From assembly GCA_964016885.1 (NCBI GenBank), contig OZ024743.1, positions 133,300,001-133,364,000 on the forward strand: DNA of 64,000 nucleotides, written 5' to 3'. A program made the translations under genes and the position numbers. The DNA is from Eledone cirrhosa (taxonomy: Eukaryota). Under the pieces are notes generated by a model. It saw only the letters and a program-made list of their open reading frames with translations, did no database searches and had not been told where the DNA came from. Numbering within the stretch: the stretch's first letter is position 1; each line of letters opens with the position of its first letter. Below are positions 35,101 through 48,400 of this stretch, piece by piece.

Positions 35101-37089
35101 TTTGGTGCATGGTGCTTGGTGTTTGTTGTTTGGTGCTTGGTGCTTGGTGTTTGGTGCTTGGTGCTTGCTGTTTGTTGGTGGTGTTTGGTGCTTGGTGCTT
35201 GGTGTTTGGTGTTTGGTGTTTGGTGTTTGGTGTTTGGTGTTTGGTGTTTGGTGCTTGGTGCTTGGTGTTTGGTGCTTGGTGTTTGGTGCTTGGTGTATGT
35301 ACTTGGTGCTTGGTGCTTGGTGTTTGGTGCTTGGTTCTTGGTGTTTGGTGCTTGGTGCTTGGTGCTTGGTTTTTGGTGCTTGGTGCTTGGTATTTGGTAC
35401 TTGGTGCTTGGTGTTTGGTGTTTGGTGCTTGGTGTTTGGTGCTTGGTGCTTGGTGCTTGGTGTTAAGTGTTTGGTGCTTGGTGCTGGTGTTTGGTGCTTC
35501 GTGCTTGGTGCTTGGTGTTTGGTGCATGGTGCTTGATGTTTGGGGCTTGGTGCCTGGTGCTTGTTGTTTGGTGCTTGGTGCTTGGGGCTTGGTGTTTGGT
35601 GTTTGGTGCTTGGTGTTCGGTGCTTGGTGCTTGGTGCTTGGTACTTGGTGTTAGGTTTTTGGTGCTTGGGGCTTGGTGTTTGATGTTTGGTCCTTGGTGC
35701 TTGGTGTTTGGTGTTTGGTGCTTGGTGCTCGGTGTTTCGTGTTTGGTGCTTGCTGCTTGCCGCTTGGTGTTTGGTGCTTGGTGATTGGTGCTTGGTGTTT
35801 GGTGCTTGGTGTTTGGTGCTTGGTGTTTGGTGTTTGGTGCTAGGCGTTTGGTGCTTGGTGTTTGGTGCTTGGTGCTTGGTGTTTGCTGTTTGGTGCTTGG
35901 GGCTTGGGGCTTGGTGTTTGGTGCTTGCTGCCTGGTGTTTGGTGCTTGGTGCTTGGTGCTTGGTGTTTGGTGTTTGGTGTTTGGTGCTTGGTGTTTGGTG
36001 CTTGGTGCTTGGTGCTGGGTGGTTGATGTTTGGTGCTTGGTGCTTGGTGTTTGGTGCTTGGTGCTTGGTGCTTATTGTTTGGTGTTTGGTGCTTGGTGCT
36101 TGGTGTTTGGTGCTTGGTGCTTGGTGCTTGGTGTTTGGTGCTTGGTGCTTGGTGTTTGGTGCTTGGTGCTTGGTGTTTGGTGCTTGGTGTTTGGTGCTTG
36201 GTGCTTGGTGCTTGGTGCTTGGTGTTAGGTGTTTGGTGCTTGGTGCTTGGTGTTTGATGTTTGGTCCTTGGTGCTTGGTGTTTGGTGTTTGGTGCTTGGT
36301 GCTTGGTGTTTGGTGTTTGGTGCTTGCTGCTTGGTGCTTGGTGCTTGGTGTTTGGTGCTTGGTGCTTGGTGTTTGGTGTTTGGCGTTTGCTGTTTGCTGT
36401 TTGGTGTTTGGTGTTTGCTGTTTGGTGTTTGCTGTTTGGTGTTTGGTGCTTGGTGCTTGGTGTCTGGTGTTTGGTGCTTGGTGTTTGGATTTTGGTGCTT
36501 GGTGCTTGGTGCCTGGTGTTTCGTGCTTGGTGCTTGGTGCTTGGTGTTTGGTGTTTGGTGCTTGGTGTTTGGTGTTTGGTATTTGGTGCTTGGTGCTTGG
36601 TGCTTGGTGTTTGGTGCTTGGTGCTTGGTGCTTGGTGTTTGATGCTGCGTGCTTGGTGTTTGGTGTTTGGTGCTTGGTGCTTGGTGTTTGATGTTTGGAG
36701 CTTGGTGCCTGGTGCTTGTTGTTTGGTGCCTGGTGCTTGTTGTTTGGTGTTTGGTGCTTGGTGCTTGGTGTTTGGTGCTTGGTGCTTGGTGCTTGGTGTT
36801 TGGTGCTTGGTGCTTGGTGTTTGGTGCTTGGTGCTTGGTGCTTGGTGCTTGGTGCTTGGTGCTTGGTGTTAGGTGTTTGGTGCTTGGTGCTTGGTGTTTG
36901 GTGTTTGGTGCTTGGTGCTTGGTGTTTGGTGTTTGGTGCTTGCTGCTTGGTGTTTGGTGCTTGCTGCTTGCTGCTTGGGTTTTGGTGCTTGGTGATTGGT
37001 GCTTGGTGTTTTGTGCTTGGTGCTTGGTGTTTGGTGTTTGGTGTTTGGTGCTTGGTGCTTGGTGCTTGGTGTTTGGTGCTTGGTGATTG

Positions 37090-40000
37090 GTGCTTGGTGT
37101 TTGGTGCTTGGTGCCTGGTCTTTAGTGTTTGGTGCTTGGTGCTTGGTGTTTGGTGATTGGTGCTTGGTGTCTGGTGTTTGGTGTTTGATGCTTGGTTTTT
37201 GCTGCTTGGTGCTTGGTGCTTGGTGCTTGGTGTTCTGTGTTTGGTGCTTGGTGCTTGGTGCCTGGTGCTTGGTGATTGGTGCTTGATGTTTGGTGCTTGG
37301 TGCTTGGTGATTAGTCGTTGGTGCTTGGTGCTTGGTGTTTCGTGTTTCGTGCTTGGTGTCTAGTGTTTGGGTTTTGGTGTTTGGTGCTTGGTGCTTAGTG
37401 TTTGGTGTCTGGTGCTTGGTGCTTGGTGTTTGGTGTTTGGTGCTTGGTGTTTGGTGCTTGGTGCTTTGTGCTTGGTGTTTGGGGCTGGGTGTATGGTGTT
37501 TGGTGCTTGGTGCTTGGTGCTTGGTGTTTGGTGTTTGGTGCTTGGTACTTGGTGTTTGGTGTTTGATGCTTGGTGTTTGATGCTTGTTGCTTGGTGCTTG
37601 GTATTTTGTGTTTGGTGTTTGGTGCTTGGTGTATGTACTTGGTGCTTGGTGCTTGGTGTCTGGTGCTTGGTTCTTGGTGTTTGGTGCTTGGTGCTTGGTG
37701 TTTGGTGCTTGGTGTTTGGTGTTTGGTGCTTGGTGTTTGGTACTTGGTGCTTGGTGCTTGGTGTTAAGTGTTTGGTGCTTGGTGCTTGGTGTTTGGTGCT
37801 TCGTGCTTGGTGCTTGGTGTTTGGTGCATGGTGCTTGGTGTTTGGGGCTTGGTGCCTGGTGCTTTGTGTTTGGTGCTTGGTGTTCGGTGCTTGGTGCTTG
37901 GTGCTTGGTACTTGGTGTTAGGTTTTTGGTGCTTGGGGCTTGGTGTTTGATGTTTGGTCCTTGGTGCTTGGTGTTTGGTGTTTGGTGCTTGGTGCTCGGT
38001 GTTTCGTGTTTGGTGCTTGCTGCTTGCCGCTTGGTGTTTGGTGCTTGGTGATTGGTGCTTGGTGTTTGGTGTTTGGTGCTAGGCGTTTGGTGCTTGGTGT
38101 TTGGTGCTTGGTGCTTTGTGTTTGCTGTTTGGTGCTTGGGGCTTGGGGCTTGGTGTTTGGTGCTTGCTGCCTGGTGTTTGGTGTTTGGTGCTTGGTGCTT
38201 GGTGTTTGGTGTTTGGTGTTTGGTGCTTGGTGTTTGGTGCTTGGTGCTTGGTGCTGGGTGGTTGATGTTTGGTGCTTGGTGCTTGGTGTTTGGTGCTTGG
38301 TGCTTGGTGCTTATTGTTTGGTGTTTGGTGCTTGGTGCTTGGTGTTTGGTGCTTGGTGCTTGGTGTTTGGTGCTTGGTGTTTGGTGCTTGGTGCTTGGTG
38401 CTTGGTGCTTGGTGTTAGGTGTTTGGTGCTTGGTGCTTGGTGTTTGATGTTTGGTCCTTGGTGCTTGGTGCTTGGTGTTTGGTGCTTGGTGTTTGGTGTT
38501 TGGTGCTTGGTGTTTGGTACTTGGTGCTTGGTGCTTGGTGTTAAGTGTTTGGTGCTTGGTGCTTGGTGTTTGGTGCTTCGTGCTTGGTGCTTGGTGTTTG
38601 GTGCATGGTGCTTGGTGTTTGGGGCTTGGTGCCTGGTGCTTTGTGTTTGGTGCTAGGTGCTTGGTGCTTGGTCTTTGGTGTTTGGTGCTTGGTGCTTGAT
38701 GCTTGGTGTTTGGTGCTTGGTGCTTGTTGCTTGGTTATTAGTGTTTGGTGCTTGGTGCTTGGGGTTTGGTGTTTGGTGCTTGGTGCTTGGTGTTTGGTGT
38801 TTGCTGTATGGTGTTTGCTGTTTCGTGTTTGGTGTTTGCTGTTTGGTGTTTAATGCTTGGTGCTTGGTGCTTGGTGTTTGGTGTTTGGTGCTAGGGGCTT
38901 AGTGCTTGGTGGTTGGTGTTTGGTGCTTGGTGCTTGCTGTTTGGTGTTTGGTGCTTGGTGCGTGGGACTTAGTGTTTGGTGTTTGGTGCTTGGTGTTTGG
39001 TGCTTGGTGTTTGGGGCTTGGTGTTCGGTGCTTGGTGCTTGGTGCTTGGGGCTTGGTGTTTGTTGTTTGGTGCTTGGTGCTTGGTCTTTGGTGCTTGGTG
39101 TTTGGTGTTTGGTGCTTGGTGCTTGGTGTTTGGTGCTTGGTGCCTGGTCTTTAGTGTTTGGTGCTTGGTGCTTGGTGTTTGGTGATTGGTGCTTGGTGTT
39201 TGGTGTTTGGTGTTTGATGCTTGGTTTTTGCTGCTTGGTGCTTGGTGCTTGGTGCTTGGTGTTCTGTGTTTGGTGCTTGGTGCTTGGTGCCTGGTGCTTG
39301 GTGCTTGGTGCTTGATGTTTGGTGCTTGGTGCTTGGTGATTAGTCTTTGGTGCTTGGTGCTTGGTGTTTCGTGTTTCGTGCTTGGTGTCTAGTGTTTGGG
39401 TTTTGGTGTTTGGTGCTTGGTGCTTAGTGTTTGGTGTCTGGTGCTTGGTGCTTGGTGTTTGGTGTTTGGTGCTTGGTGTTTGGTGCTTGGTGCTTTGTGC
39501 TTGGTGTTTGGGGCTGGGTGTATGGTGTTTGGTGCTTGGTGCTTGGTGCTTGGTGTTTGGTGTTTGGTGCTTGGTACTTGGTGTTTGGTGTTTGATGCTT
39601 GGTGTTTGATGCTTGTTGCTTGGTGCTTGGTGTTTTGTGTTTGGTGTTTGGTGCTTGGTGTATGTACTTCGTGCTTGGTGCTTGGTGTCTGGTGCTTGGT
39701 TCTTGGTGTTTGGTGCTTGGTGCTTGGTGTTTGGTGCTTGGTGTTTGGTGTTTGGTGCTTGGTGTTTGGTACTTGGTGCTTGGTGCTTGGTGTTAAGTGT
39801 TTGGTGCTTGGTGCTTGGTGTTTGGTGCTTCGTGCTTGGTGCTTGGTGTTTGGTGCATGGTGCTTGGTGTTTGGGGCTTGGTGCCTGGTGCTTTGTGTTT
39901 GGTGCTTGGTGTTCGGTGCTTGGTGCTTGGTGCTTGGTACTTGGTGTTAGGTTTTTGGTGCTTGGGGCTTGGTGTTTGATGTTTGGTCCTTGGTGCTTGG

Positions 40001-43000
40001 TGTTTGGTGTTTGGTGCTTGGTGCTCGGTGTTTCGTGTTTGGTGCTTGCTGCTTGCCGCTTGGTGTTTGGTGCTTGGTGATTGGTGCTTGGTGTTTGGTG
40101 CTTGGTGGTTGGTGCTTGGTGTTTGGTGTTTGGTGCTAGGCGTTTGGTGCTTGGTGTTTGGTGCTTGGTGCTTGGTGTTTGCTGTTTGGTGCTTGGGGCT
40201 TGGGGCTTGGTGTTTGGTGCTTGCTGCCTGGTGTTTGGTGCTTGGTGCTTGGTGCTTGGTGTTTGGTGTTTGGTGTTTGGTGCTTGGTGTTTGGTGCTTG
40301 GTGCTTGGTGCTGGGTGGTTGATGTTTGGTGCTTGGTGCTTGGTGTTTGGTGCTTGGTGCTTGGTGCTTATTGTTTGGTGTTTGGTGCTTGGTGCTTGGT
40401 GTTTGGTGCTTGGTGCTTGGTGCTTGGTGTTTGGTGCTTGGTGCTTGGTGTTTGGTGCTTGGTGCTTGGTGTTTGGTGCTTGGTGTTTGGTGCTTGGTGC
40501 TTGGTGCTTGGTGCTTGGTGTTAGGTGTTTGGTGCTTGGTGCTTGGTGTTTGATGTTTGGTCCTTGGTGCTTGGTGCTTGGTGTTTGGTGCTTGGTGTTT
40601 GGTGTTTGGTGCTTGGTGTTTGGTACTTGGTGCTTGGTGCTTGGTGTTAAGTGTTTGGTGCTTGGTGCTTGGTGTTTGGTGCTTCGTGCTTGGTGCTTGG
40701 TGTTTGGTGCATGGTGCTTGGTGTTTGGGGCTTGGTGCCTGGTGCTTTGTGTTTGGTGCTAGGTGCTTGGTGCTTGGTCTTTGGTGTTTGGTGCTTGGTG
40801 CTTGGTGCTTGGTGTTTGGTGCTTGGTGCTTGGTGCTTGGTTATTAGTGTTTGGTGCTTGGTGCTTGGGGTTTGGTGTTTGGTGCTTGGTGCTTGGTGTT
40901 TGGTGTTTGCTGTATGGTGTTTGCTGTTTCGTGTTTGGTGTTTGCTGTTTGGTGTTTAATGCTTGGTGCTTGGTGCTTGGTGTTTGGTGCTTGGTGCTTG
41001 GTGCTTGGTGTTTGGCGTTTGCTCTTTGGTGTTTGGTGTTTGGTGTTTGGTGTTTGGTGCTTGCTGCTTGGTGTTTGGTGTTTGGTGCTTGCTGCTTGGT
41101 GCTTGGTGCTTGGTGTTTGGTGTTTGGTGTTTGGTGCTTGGTGTTTGGTGCTTGGTGCTTGGTGCTGGGTGTTTGGTGCTTGGTGCTTGGTGCTTGGTGT
41201 TTGGTGCTTGGTGCCTGGTCTTTAGTGTTTGGTGCTTGGTGCTTGGTGTTTGGTGATTGGTGCTTGGTGTCTGGTGTTTGGTGTTTGATGCTTGGTTTTT
41301 GCTGCTTGGTGCTTGGTGCTTGGTGCTTGGTGTTCTGTGTTTGGTGCTTGGTGCTTGGTGCCTGGTGCTTGGTGATTGGTGCTTGATGTTTGGTGCTTGG
41401 TGCTTGGTGATTAGTCGTTGGTGCTTGGTGCTTGGTGTTTCGTGTTTCGTGCTTGGTGTCTAGTGTTTGGGTTTTGGTGTTTGGTGCTTGGTGCTTAGTG
41501 TTTGGTGTCTGGTGCTTGGTGCTTGGTGTTTGGTGTTTGGTGCTTGGTGTTTGGTGCTTGGTGCTTTGTGCTTGGTGTTTGGGGCTGGGTGTATGGTGTT
41601 TGGTGCTTGGTGCTTGGTGCTTGGTGTTTGGTGTTTGGTGCTTGGTACTTGGTGTTTGGTGTTTGATGCTTGGTGTTTGATGCTTGTTGCTTGGTGCTTG
41701 GTATTTTGTGTTTGGTGTTTGGTGCTTGGTGTATGTACTTGGTGCTTGGTGCTTGGTGTCTGGTGCTTGGTTCTTGGTGTTTGGTGCTTGGTGCTTGGTG
41801 TTTGGTGCTTGGTGTTTGGTGTTTGGTGCTTGGTGTTTGGTACTTGGTGCTTGGTGCTTGGTGTTAAGTGTTTGGTGCTTGGTGCTTGGTGTTTGGTGCT
41901 TCGTGCTTGGTGCTTGGTGTTTGGTGCATGGTGCTTGGTGTTTGGGGCTTGGTGCCTGGTGCTTTGTGTTTGGTGCTTGGTGTTCGGTGCTTGGTGCTTG
42001 GTGCTTGGTACTTGGTGTTAGGTTTTTGGTGCTTGGGGCTTGGTGTTTGATGTTTGGTCCTTGGTGCTTGGTGTTTGGTGTTTGGTGCTTGGTGCTCGGT
42101 GTTTCGTGTTTGGTGCTTGCTGCTTGCCGCTTGGTGTTTGGTGCTTGGTGATTGGTGCTTGGTGTTTGGTGTTTGGTGCTAGGCGTTTGGTGCTTGGTGT
42201 TTGGTGCTTGGTGCTTGGTGTTTGCTGTTTGGTGCTTGGGGCTTGGGGCTTGGTGTTTGGTGCTTGCTGCCTGGTGTTTGGTGTTTGGTGCTTGGTGCTT
42301 GGTGTTTGGTGTTTGGTGTTTGGTGCTTGGTGTTTGGTGCTTGGTGCTTGGTGCTGGGTGGTTGATGTTTGGTGCTTGGTGCTTGGTGTTTGGTGCTTGG
42401 TGCTTGGTGCTTATTGTTTGGTGTTTGGTGCTTGGTGCTTGGTGTTTGGTGCTTGGTGCTTGGTGTTTGGTGCTTGGTGTTTGGTGCTTGGTGCTTGGTG
42501 CTTGGTGCTTGGTGTTAGGTGTTTGGTGCTTGGTGCTTGGTGTTTGATGTTTGGTCCTTGGTGCTTGGTGCTTGGTGTTTGGTGCTTGGTGTTTGGTGTT
42601 TGGTGCTTGGTGTTTGGTACTTGGTGCTTGGTGCTTGGTGTTAAGTGTTTGGTGCTTGGTGCTTGGTGTTTGGTGCTTCGTGCTTGGTGCTTGGTGTTTG
42701 GTGCATGGTGCTTGGTGTTTGGGGCTTGGTGCCTGGTGCTTTGTGTTTGGTGCTAGGTGCTTGGTGCTTGGTCTTTGGTGTTTGGTGCTTGGTGCTTGGT
42801 GCTTGGTGTTTGGTGCTTGGTGCTTGTTGCTTGGTTATTAGTGTTTGGTGCTTGGTGCTTGGGGTTTGGTGTTTGGTGCTTGGTGCTTGGTGTTTGGTGT
42901 TTGCTGTATGGTGTTTGCTGTTTCGTGTTTGGTGTTTGCTGTTTGGTGTTTAATGCTTGGTGCTTGGTGCTTGGTGTTTGGTGTTTGGTGCTAGGGGCTT

Positions 43001-44390
43001 AGTGCTTGGTGGTTGGTGTTTGGTGCTTGGTGCTTGCTGTTTGGTGTTTGGTGCTTGGTGCGTGGGACTTAGTGTTTGGTGTTTGGTGCTTGGTGTTTGG
43101 TGCTTGGTGTTTGGGGCTTGGTGTTCGGTGCTTGGTGCTTGGTGCTTGGGGCTTGGTGTTTGTTGTTTGGTGCTTGGTGCTTGGTCTTTGGTGCTTGGTG
43201 TTTGGTGTTTGGTGCTTGGTGCTTGGTGTTTGGTGCTTGGTGCCTGGTCTTTAGTGTTTGGTGCTTGGTGCTTGGTGTTTGGTGATTGGTGCTTGGTGTT
43301 TGGTGTTTGGTGTTTGATGCTTGGTTTTTGCTGCTTGGTGCTTGGTGCTTGGTGCTTGGTGTTCTGTGTTTGGTGCTTGGTGCTTGGTGCCTGGTGCTTG
43401 GTGCTTGGTGCTTGATGTTTGGTGCTTGGTGCTTGGTGATTAGTCTTTGGTGCTTGGTGCTTGGTGTTTCGTGTTTCGTGCTTGGTGTCTAGTGTTTGGG
43501 TTTTGGTGTTTGGTGCTTGGTGCTTAGTGTTTGGTGTCTGGTGCTTGGTGCTTGGTGTTTGGTGTTTGGTGCTTGGTGTTTGGTGCTTGGTGCTTTGTGC
43601 TTGGTGTTTGGGGCTGGGTGTATGGTGTTTGGTGCTTGGTGCTTGGTGCTTGGTGTTTGGTGTTTGGTGCTTGGTACTTGGTGTTTGGTGTTTGATGCTT
43701 GGTGTTTGATGCTTGTTGCTTGGTGCTTGGTGTTTTGTGTTTGGTGTTTGGTGCTTGGTGTATGTACTTCGTGCTTGGTGCTTGGTGTCTGGTGCTTGGT
43801 TCTTGGTGTTTGGTGCTTGGTGCTTGGTGTTTGGTGCTTGGTGTTTGGTGTTTGGTGCTTGGTGTTTGGTACTTGGTGCTTGGTGCTTGGTGTTAAGTGT
43901 TTGGTGCTTGGTGCTTGGTGTTTGGTGCTTCGTGCTTGGTGCTTGGTGTTTGGTGCATGGTGCTTGGTGTTTGGGGCTTGGTGCCTGGTGCTTTGTGTTT
44001 GGTGCTTGGTGTTCGGTGCTTGGTGCTTGGTGCTTGGTACTTGGTGTTAGGTTTTTGGTGCTTGGGGCTTGGTGTTTGATGTTTGGTCCTTGGTGCTTGG
44101 TGTTTGGTGTTTGGTGCTTGGTGCTCGGTGTTTCGTGTTTGGTGCTTGCTGCTTGCCGCTTGGTGTTTGGTGCTTGGTGATTGGTGCTTGGTGTTTGGTG
44201 CTTGGTGGTTGGTGCTTGGTGTTTGGTGTTTGGTGCTAGGCGTTTGGTGCTTGGTGTTTGGTGCTTGGTGCTTGGTGTTTGCTGTTTGGTGCTTGGGGCT
44301 TGGGGCTTGGTGTTTGGTGCTTGCTGCCTGGTGTTTGGTGCTTGGTGCTTGGTGCTTGGTGTTTGGTGTTTGGTGTTTGGTGCTTGGTGC
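37090..44390. repeat. 4100-bp-period tandem repeat built from alternating 2029 and 2071 bp sub-units (about 3.5 sub-units)
   Basis: Offsets 37157->41257, 37940->42040, 38857->42957, 39186->43286 and 39983->44083 are 4100. Internally, 37157->39186 is 2029 and 39186->41257 is 2071. Confidence 0.92.
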
Positions 44391-45459
44391 TTGGTGTTTG
44401 GTGCTTGGTGCTTGCTGTTTGGTGTTTGGTGTTTGGTGCTTGGTGCTTGGTGTTTGGTGTTTGGTGCTTGGTGCTTGGTGCTTGGTTATTAGTGTTTGGT
44501 GCTTGGTGCTTGGGGTTTGGTGTTTGGTGCTTGGTGCTTGGTGTTTGGTGTTTGCTGTATGGTGTTTGCTGTTTCGTGTTTGGTGTTTGCTGTTTGGTGT
44601 TTAATGCTTGGTGCTTGGTGCTTGGTGTTTGGTGCTTGGTGCTTGGTGCTTGGTGTTTGGCGTTTGCTCTTTGGTGTTTGGTGTTTGGTGTTTGGTGTTT
44701 GGTGCTTGCTGCTTGGTGTTTGGTGTTTGGTGCTTGCTGCTTGGTGCTTGGTGCTTGGTGTTTGGTGTTTGGTGTTTGGTGCTTGGTGTTTGGTGCTTGG
44801 TGCTTGGTGCTGGGTGTTTGGTGCTTGGTGCTTGGTGCTTGGTGCTTGATGCTTGGTGCTTGGTGTTTGGTCATTGGTGCTTGGTGCTTGGTCTTTGGTG
44901 CTTGGGGTTTGGTGTTTGGTGCTTGGTGCTTAGTGTTTGGTGCTTGGTGCTTGGTGCTTGGTGTTTGGTGTTTGGTGCTTTCTGCTTGGTGCATGGTGTT
45001 TGGTGCTTGGTGCTTGGTGATTAGTGTTTGGTGCATGGTGCTTGGTGTTTGTTGTTTGGTGCTTGGTGCTTGGTGTTTGGTGCTTGGTGCTTGCTGTTTG
45101 GTGTTTGGTGTTTGGTGCTTGGTGTTTGGTGTTTGGTGTTTGGTGTTTGGTGTTTGGTGTTTGGTGCTTGGTGCTTGGTGTTTGGTGCTTGGTGTTTGGT
45201 GCTTGGTGTATGTACTTGGTGCTTGGTGCTTGGTGTTTGGTGCTTGGTTCTTGGTGTTTGGTGCTTGGTGCTTGGTGCTTGGTGTTTGGTGCTTGGTGCT
45301 TGGTGTTTGGTACTTGGTGCTTGGTGCTTGGTGTTTGGTCATTGGTGCTTGGTGCTTGGTCTTTGGTGCTTGGGGTTTGGTGTTTGGTGCTTGGTGCTTA
45401 GTGTTTGGTGCTTAGTGCTTGGGGCTTGGTGTTAAGTGTTTGGTGCTTGGTGCTTGGTG

Positions 45460-48400
45460 TTTGGTGCTTCGTGCTTGGTGCTTGGTGTTTGGTGCATGGT
45501 GCTTGATGTTTGGGGCTTGGTGCCTGGTGCTTGGTGTTTGGTGCTTGGTGTTTGGTGCTTGGTGTTCGGTGCTTGGTGCTTGGTGCTTGGTACTTGGTGT
45601 ATGTACTTGGTGCTTGGTGCTTGGTGTTTGGTGCTTGGTTCTTGGTGTTTGGTGCTTCGTGCTTGGTGCTTGGTGTTTGGTGCTTGGTGCTTGGTGTTTG
45701 GTGCTTGGTTCTTGGTGTTTGGTGCTTCGTGCTTGGTGCTTGGTGTTTGGTGCTTGGTGCTTGGTGTTTGGTGCTTGGTGTTTGGTGTTTGGTGCTTGGT
45801 GTTTGGTACTTGGTGCTTGGTGCTTGGTGTTAAGTGTTTGGTGCTTGGTGCTTGGTGTTTGGTGCTTCGTGCTTGGTGCCTGGTGTTTGGTGCATGGTGC
45901 TTGGTGTTTGAGGCTTGGTGCCTGGTGCTTTGTGTTTGGTGCTAGGTGCTTGGTGCTTGGTCTTTGGTGTTTGGTGCTTGGTGCTTGGTGCTTGGTGTTT
46001 GGTGCTTGGTGCTTGGTGCTTGGTTATTAGTGTTTGGTGCTTGGTGCTTGGGGTTTGGTGTTTGGGGCTTGGTGCTTGGTGTTTGGTGTTTGCTGTATGG
46101 TGTTTGCTGTTTCGTGTTTGGTGTTTGCTGTTTGGTGTTTAATGCTTGGTGCTTGGTTCTTGGTGTTTGGTGCTTGGTGCTTGGTGCTTGGTGCTTGGCG
46201 TTTGCTCTTTGCTGTTTGGTGTTTGGTGCTTGCTGTTTGGTGTTTGGTGTTTGGTGTTTGGTGTTTGGTGCTTGCTGTTTGGTGCTTGGTGCTTGGTGTT
46301 TGGTCTTTGGTGTTTGGTTCTTGGTGCTTGGTGTTTGGTGCTTGGTGCTTGGTGCTGGGTGTTTGGTGCTTGGTGCTTGGTGTTTGGTGCTTGGTGCTTG
46401 GTGTTTGGTACTTGGTGCTTGGTGTTTGGTGTTTGGTGCTTGCTGTTTGGTGTTTGGTGCTTGCTGTTTGGTGTTTGGTGTTTGGTGTTTGGTGTTTGGT
46501 GCTTGCTGTTTGGTGCTTGGTGTTTGGTGCTTGGTGTATGTACTTGGTGCTTGGTGCTTGGTGTTTGGTGCTTGGTTCTTGGTGTTTGGTGCTTGGTGCT
46601 TGGTGCTTGGTGTTTGGTGCTTGGTGCTTGGTGTTTGGTACTTGGTGCTTGGTGTTTGGTGTTTGGTGCTTCGTGCTTGGTGCTTGGTGTTTGGGGCTTG
46701 GTGCCTGGTGCTTGGTGTTTGGTGCTTGGTGTTTGGTGCTTGGTGTTTGGTGCTTGGTGTTCGGTGCTTGGTGCTTGGTGCTTGGTACTTGGTGTTAGGT
46801 TTTTGGTGCTTGGGGCTTGGTGTTTCATGTTTGGTCCTTGGTGCTTGGTGTTTGGTGTTTGGTGCTTGGTGCTTGGTGTTTCGTGTTTGGTGCTTGCTGC
46901 TTGCTGCTTGGTGTTTGGTGCTTGGTGATTGGTGCTTGGTGTTTGGTGCTAGGTGCTTGGTGCTTGGTGTTTGGTGCTTGGTGCTTGGTGTTTGGTGTTT
47001 GGTGCTTGGTGCTTGGGGCTTGGTGTTTGGTGCTTGCTGCTTGGTGTTTGGTGCTTGCTGCTTGGTGTTTGGTGTTTGGTGTTTGGTGCTTGGTGTTTGG
47101 TGCTTGGTGCTTGGTGCTTGGTGTTAAGTGTTTGGTGCTTGGTGCTTGGTGGTTGGTGCTTCATGCTTGCTGCTTGGTGTTTGGTGCATGGTGCTTGATG
47201 TTTGGGGCTTGGTGCCTGGTGCTTGGTGTTTGGTGCTTGGTGCTTGGTGCTTGGTGTTTGGTGTTTGGTGATTGGTGCTTGGTGTTTGGTGCTTGGTGTT
47301 TGGTGCTTGGTGTTCGGTGCTTGGTGCTTGGTGCTTGGTACTTGGTGTTAGGTTTTTGGTGCTTGGGGCTTGGTGTTTGATGTTTGGTCCTTGGTGCTTG
47401 GTGTTTGGTGTTTGGTGCTTGGTGCTTGGTGTTTCGTGTTTGGTGCTTGCTGCTTGCTGCTTGGTGTTTGGTGCTTGGTGATTGGTGCTTGGTGTTTGGT
47501 GCTTGGTGGTTGGTGCTTGGTGTTTGGTGTTTGGTGCTAGGTGCTTGGTGCTTGGTGTTTGGTGCTTGGTGCTTGGTGTTTGGTGTTTGGTGCTTGGTGC
47601 TTGGGGCTTGGTGTTTGGTGCTTGCTGCTTGGTGTTTGGTGCTTGCTGCTTGGTGTTTGGTGTTTGGTGTTTGGTGCTTTGTGTTTGGTGCTTGGTGCTT
47701 GGTGCTGGGTGGTTGATGTTTGGTGCTTGGTGCTTGGTGTTTGGTGCTTGGTGCTTGGTGCTTATTGTTTGGTGCTTGGTGCTTGGTGCTTGGTGCTTGG
47801 TCTTTGGTGCTTGGTGTTTGGTGTTTGGTGTTTGGTGTTTGTGCTTGGTGCTTGGTGCTTGGTGTTTGGTGCTAGGTGCTTAACGCTTGGTGTTTGGTGC
47901 TTGGTGCTTGGTGCTTGGTGATTAGTGTTTGGTGCTTGGTGCTTGGAGTTTGGTGTTTTGTGTTTGCTGTTTGGTGTATGCGGTTTGGTGTCTGCTTTTT
48001 GGTGTTTGGTGTTTGCTGTATGGTGTTTGCAGTTTTGTGTTTCGTGTTTGCTGTTTGGTGTTTGGTGCTTGGTGCTTGGTGCTTGGTGTTTGGTGCTTGG
48101 TGCTTGGTGCTTGGTGTTTGGCGTTTGCTGTTTGCTGTTTGCTGTTTGGTGTTTGCTGTTTGGTGTTTGCTGTTTGGTGTTTGGTGCTTGGTGCTTGGTG
48201 GCTGGTGTTTGGTGCTTGGTGTTTGGATTTTGGTCCTTGGTGCTTGGTGCCTGGTGTTTCGTGCTTGGTGCTTGGTGCTTGGTGTTTGGTGTTTGGTGCT
48301 TGGTGTTTGGTGTTTGGTATTTGGTGCTTGGTGCTTGGTGCTTGGTGTTTGGTGTTTGGTGCTTCGTGCTTGGTGCTTGGTGTTTGGTGCATGGTGCTTG

